Shown: piece after piece, positions 60,701-64,000 of the stretch
How positions within the stretch are numbered: the first letter of the stretch is position 1
Layout of the letters: each line of letters opens with the position of its first letter
From: Eledone cirrhosa
Lineage: Eukaryota
Direction of reading: 5' to 3'
NCBI GenBank assembly: GCA_964016885.1
Contig: OZ024741.1
Location: 158,844,001 to 158,908,000, forward strand
DNA length: 64,000 nt
Notes under the pieces: model-generated
What the model was told of the DNA's origin: nothing
Databases searched by the model: none
The model's input: only the letters and a program-made list of their open reading frames with translations
Translations under genes and position numbers: made by a program

Positions 60701-63700
60701 GTGATGTTGGCTATGTTTGAGGTAGTGGTGGAGGTGATGTTGGCTATGTTTGAGGTGGGGGTGTAGGTGATGTTGGCTATGTTTGAGGTAGTGGTGGAGG
60801 TGATGTTGGCTATGTTTGAGGTGGGGGTGGAGGTGATGTTGGCTGTGTTTGAGGTGGGGATGGAGGTGATGTTGGCTATGTTTGAGGTGGGGGTGGAGGT
60901 GAGGTTGGCTATGTTTGAGGTAGTGGTGGTGGTGATGTTGGCTATGTTTGAGGTGGTTGTGGAGGTGATATTGGCTATGTTTGAGGTGGTGGTGGAGGTG
61001 ATTTTGGCTATGTTTGAGGTGGGGGTGGAGGTGATATTGGCTATGTTTGAGGTAGTGGTGGAGGTGATGTTGGCTATGTTTGAGGTGGTGGTGGAGGTGA
61101 TGTTGGCTATGTTTGAGGAGGTGGTGGTGGTGATGTTGGCTATGTTTGAGGTGGTGGTGGAGGTGATGTTGGCTAAGTTTGAGGAGGTGGTGGTGGTGAT
61201 GTTGGCTATGTTTGAGGTGGTGGTGGAGGTGATGTTGGCTATGTTTGAGGTGGTGGTGGAGGTGATATTGGCTATGTTTGTGGTGGGGGTGGTGGTGATG
61301 TTGGCTATGTTTGAGGTGGTGGTGGTGGTGATGTTGGCTATGTTTGAGGTGGGGGTGGTGGTGGTGTTGGCTATGTTTGAGGTGGGGGTGGTGGTGATGT
61401 TGGCTATGTTTGTGGTGGGGGTGGTGGTGATGTTGGCTATGTTTGAGGTAGTGGTGGAGGTCATGTTGGCTATGTTTGAGGTGGGGGTGGAGGTGATGTT
61501 GGCTATGTTTGATGTGGGGGTGGAGGTGATGTTGGCTATGTTTGAGGTGGTGGTGGTGGTGATGTTGGCTATGTTTGAGGTGGGGTGGTGGTGATGTTGG
61601 CTATGTTTGAGGTGGGGTGGTGGTGATGTTGGCTATGTTTGAGGTGGTGGTGGTGGTGATGTTGGCTATGTTTGAGGTGGGGTGGTGGTGATGTTGGATA
61701 TGTTTGAGGTGGTGGTGGTGGTGATGTTGGCTATGTTTGATGTAGTGGTGGAGGTCATGTTGGCTATGTTTGAGGTGGGGGTGGAGGTGATGTTGGCTAT
61801 ATTTGAGGTGGGGGTGGAGGTGATGTTGGCTATGTTTGAGGTGGGGGTGGAGGTGATGTTGGCTATGTTTGAGGTGGGGGTGGAGGTGATGTTGGCTATG
61901 TTTGAGGTGGGGGTGGAGGTGATGTTGGCTATGTTTGAGGTAGTGGTGGAGGTGATGTTGGCTATGTTTGAGGTGGGGGTGGAGGTGATGTTGGCTATGT
62001 TTGAGGTGGTGGTGGAGGTGATGTTGGATATGTTTGAGGTGGGGGTGGAGGTGATGTTGGCTATGTTTGAGGTGGGGGTGGAGGTGATGTTGGCTATGTT
62101 TAAGGTGGGGGTGGTGGTGATGTTGGCTATGTTTGATGTGGGTGTGGAGGTGATGTTGGCTATGTTTGAGGTGGTGGTGGTGGTGATGTTGGCTATGTTT
62201 GAGGTGGTGGTGGAGGTGATGTTGGCTATGTTTGAGGTGGGGGTGGAGGTGATGTTGGCTATGTTTGAGGTAGTGGTGGAGGTGATGTTGGCTATGTTTG
62301 AGGTGGGGGTGTAGGTGATGTTGGCTATGTTTGAGGTAGTGGTGGAGGTGATGTTGGCTATGTTTGAGGTGGGGGTGGAGGTGATGTTGGCTGTGTTTGA
62401 GGTGGGGATGGAGGTGATGTTGGCTATGTTTGAGGTGGGGGTGGAGGTGAGGTTGGCTATGTTTGAGGTAGTGGTGGTGGTGATGTTGGCTATGTTTGAG
62501 GTGGTTGTGGAGGTGATATTGGCTATGTTTGAGGTGGTGGTGGAGGTGATTTTGGCTATGTTTGAGGTGGGGGTGGAGGTGATATTGGCTATGTTTGAGG
62601 TAGTGGTGGAGGTGATGTTGGCTATGTTTGAGGTGGTGGTGGAGGTGATGTTGGCTATGTTTGAGGAGGTGGTGGTGGTGATGTTGGCTATGTTTGAGGT
62701 GGTGGTGGAGGTGATGTTGGCTAAGTTTGAGGAGGTGGTGGTGGTGATGTTGGCTATGTTTGAGGTGGTGGTGGAGGTGATGTTGGCTATGTTTGAGGTG
62801 GTGGTGGAGGTGATATTGGCTATGTTTGAGGTGGTGGTGGAGGTGATGTTGGCTATGTTTGAGGTGGTGGTGGTGGTGATGTTGGCTATGTTTGAGGTGG
62901 TGGTGGAGGTGATGTTGGCTATGTTTGAGGTGGTGGTGGAGGTGATGTTGGCTATGTTTGAGGTGGTGGTGGTGATGTTGGCTATGTTTGAGGTGGGGGT
63001 GGAGGTGATGTTGGCTATGTTTGAGGTAGTGGTGGTGGTGATGTTGGCTATGTTTGAGGTGGTGGTGGAGGTGATGTTGGCTATGTTTGAGGTGGTGGTG
63101 GTGGTGATGTTGGCTATGTTTGAGGTGGTGGTGGAGGTGATGTTGGTTATGTTTGAGTTGGTGGTGGAGGTGATGTTGGCTATGTTTGAGGTGGGGGTGG
63201 AGGTGATGTTGGCTATGTTTGAGGTGATGTTGGCTATGTTTGAGGTGGGGGTGGTGATGTTGGCTATGTTTGAGGTGGGGGTGGTGATGTTGGCTATGTT
63301 TGAGGAGGTGGTGGTGATGTTGGCTATGTTTGAGGTGGAGGTGGAGGTGATGTTGGCTATGTTTGAGGTGGGGGTGGTGATGTTGGCTATGTTTGAGGAG
63401 GTGGTGTTGGTGGTGATGTTGGCTATGTTTGAGGTGGGGGTGGTGGTGATGTTGGCTATGTTTGAGAAGGTGGTGGTGGTGGTGATGTTGGCTATGTTTG
63501 AGGTGGTGGTGGAGGTGATGTTGGCTATGTTTGAGGTAGTGGTGGAGGTGATGTTGGCTATGTTTGAGGTGGTGGTGGAGGTGATGTTGGCTATGTTTGA
63601 GGTGGGCGTGGTGGTGATGTTGGCTATGTTTGAGGAGGTGGTGGAGGTGATGTTGGCTATGTTTGAGGTGGGGGTGGAGGTGATGTTGGCTATGTTTGAG

Positions 63701-64000
63701 GTGGTGGTGGAGGTGATGTTGGCTATGTTTGAGGAGGTGGTGGTGATGATGTTGGCTATGTTTGAGGTGGTGGTGGAGGTGATGTTGGCTATGTTTGAGG
63801 TGGTGGTGGAGGTGATATTGGCTATGTTTGAGGTGGTGGTGGAGGTGATGTTGGCTATGTTTGAGGTGGTGGTGGAGGTGATGTTGGCTATGTTTGAGGA
63901 GGTGGTGGTGATGATGTTGGCTATGTTTGAGGTGGTGGTGGAGGTGATGTTGGCTATGTTTGAGGTGGGGGTGGAGGTGATGTTGGCTATGTTTGAGGTG
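54710..64000 (+). repeat. G/T-rich 32/33-bp minisatellite, >9 kb (~280 copies), running off the window end
   Basis: Constant core gatgttggctatgtttgag plus a variable (GGT)n/GGGG spacer, with higher-order duplications. Confidence 0.97.

Noticed and set aside
59560-62314. Mucin-like (TSTTTSNIANI)n and hydrophobic (VMLAMFEVVVE)n ORFs
   Set aside because: They are by-products of a 33-bp unit. Frequent 32-bp units break the frame, and there are no splice signals or unique coding flanks.

Overview
This is AT-rich, repeat-dense eukaryotic DNA. The SINE families, the extreme (TA)n load and the RTE LINEs look like an octopod cephalopod (Octopus-like) genome; that assignment is inference. Almost all long ORFs in the track are translations of microsatellites or minisatellites. 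Supported content: (1) two phase-compatible minus-strand exons of a host gene (Ser/acidic linker exon 50040-50262 and SH3 exon 40294-40522, possibly a DBS/MCF2L-type RhoGEF C-terminus), plus weaker candidate exons; (2) two young 5'-truncated RTE LINE copies with a PHD-like finger inside the RT ORF, plus decayed RTE, R4/Dong-like and CRE-like remnants; (3) many tRNA-derived SINEs and several MITEs; (4) three minisatellites with 35, 36 and 32/33 bp units. The most striking signal is about 17 fold-back elements from several unrelated sequence families, mostly sitting in (TA)n tracts. Most share one architecture: an inverted repeat plus a one-sided tail. At least four carry minimal type I hammerhead ribozyme cores, and one still encloses a decayed Penelope-like RT C-terminus and GIY-YIG endonuclease ORF. 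This points to a diverse, microsatellite-associated Penelope-like retroelement system that leaves hairpin footprints with arms from 10 bp to about 500 bp.
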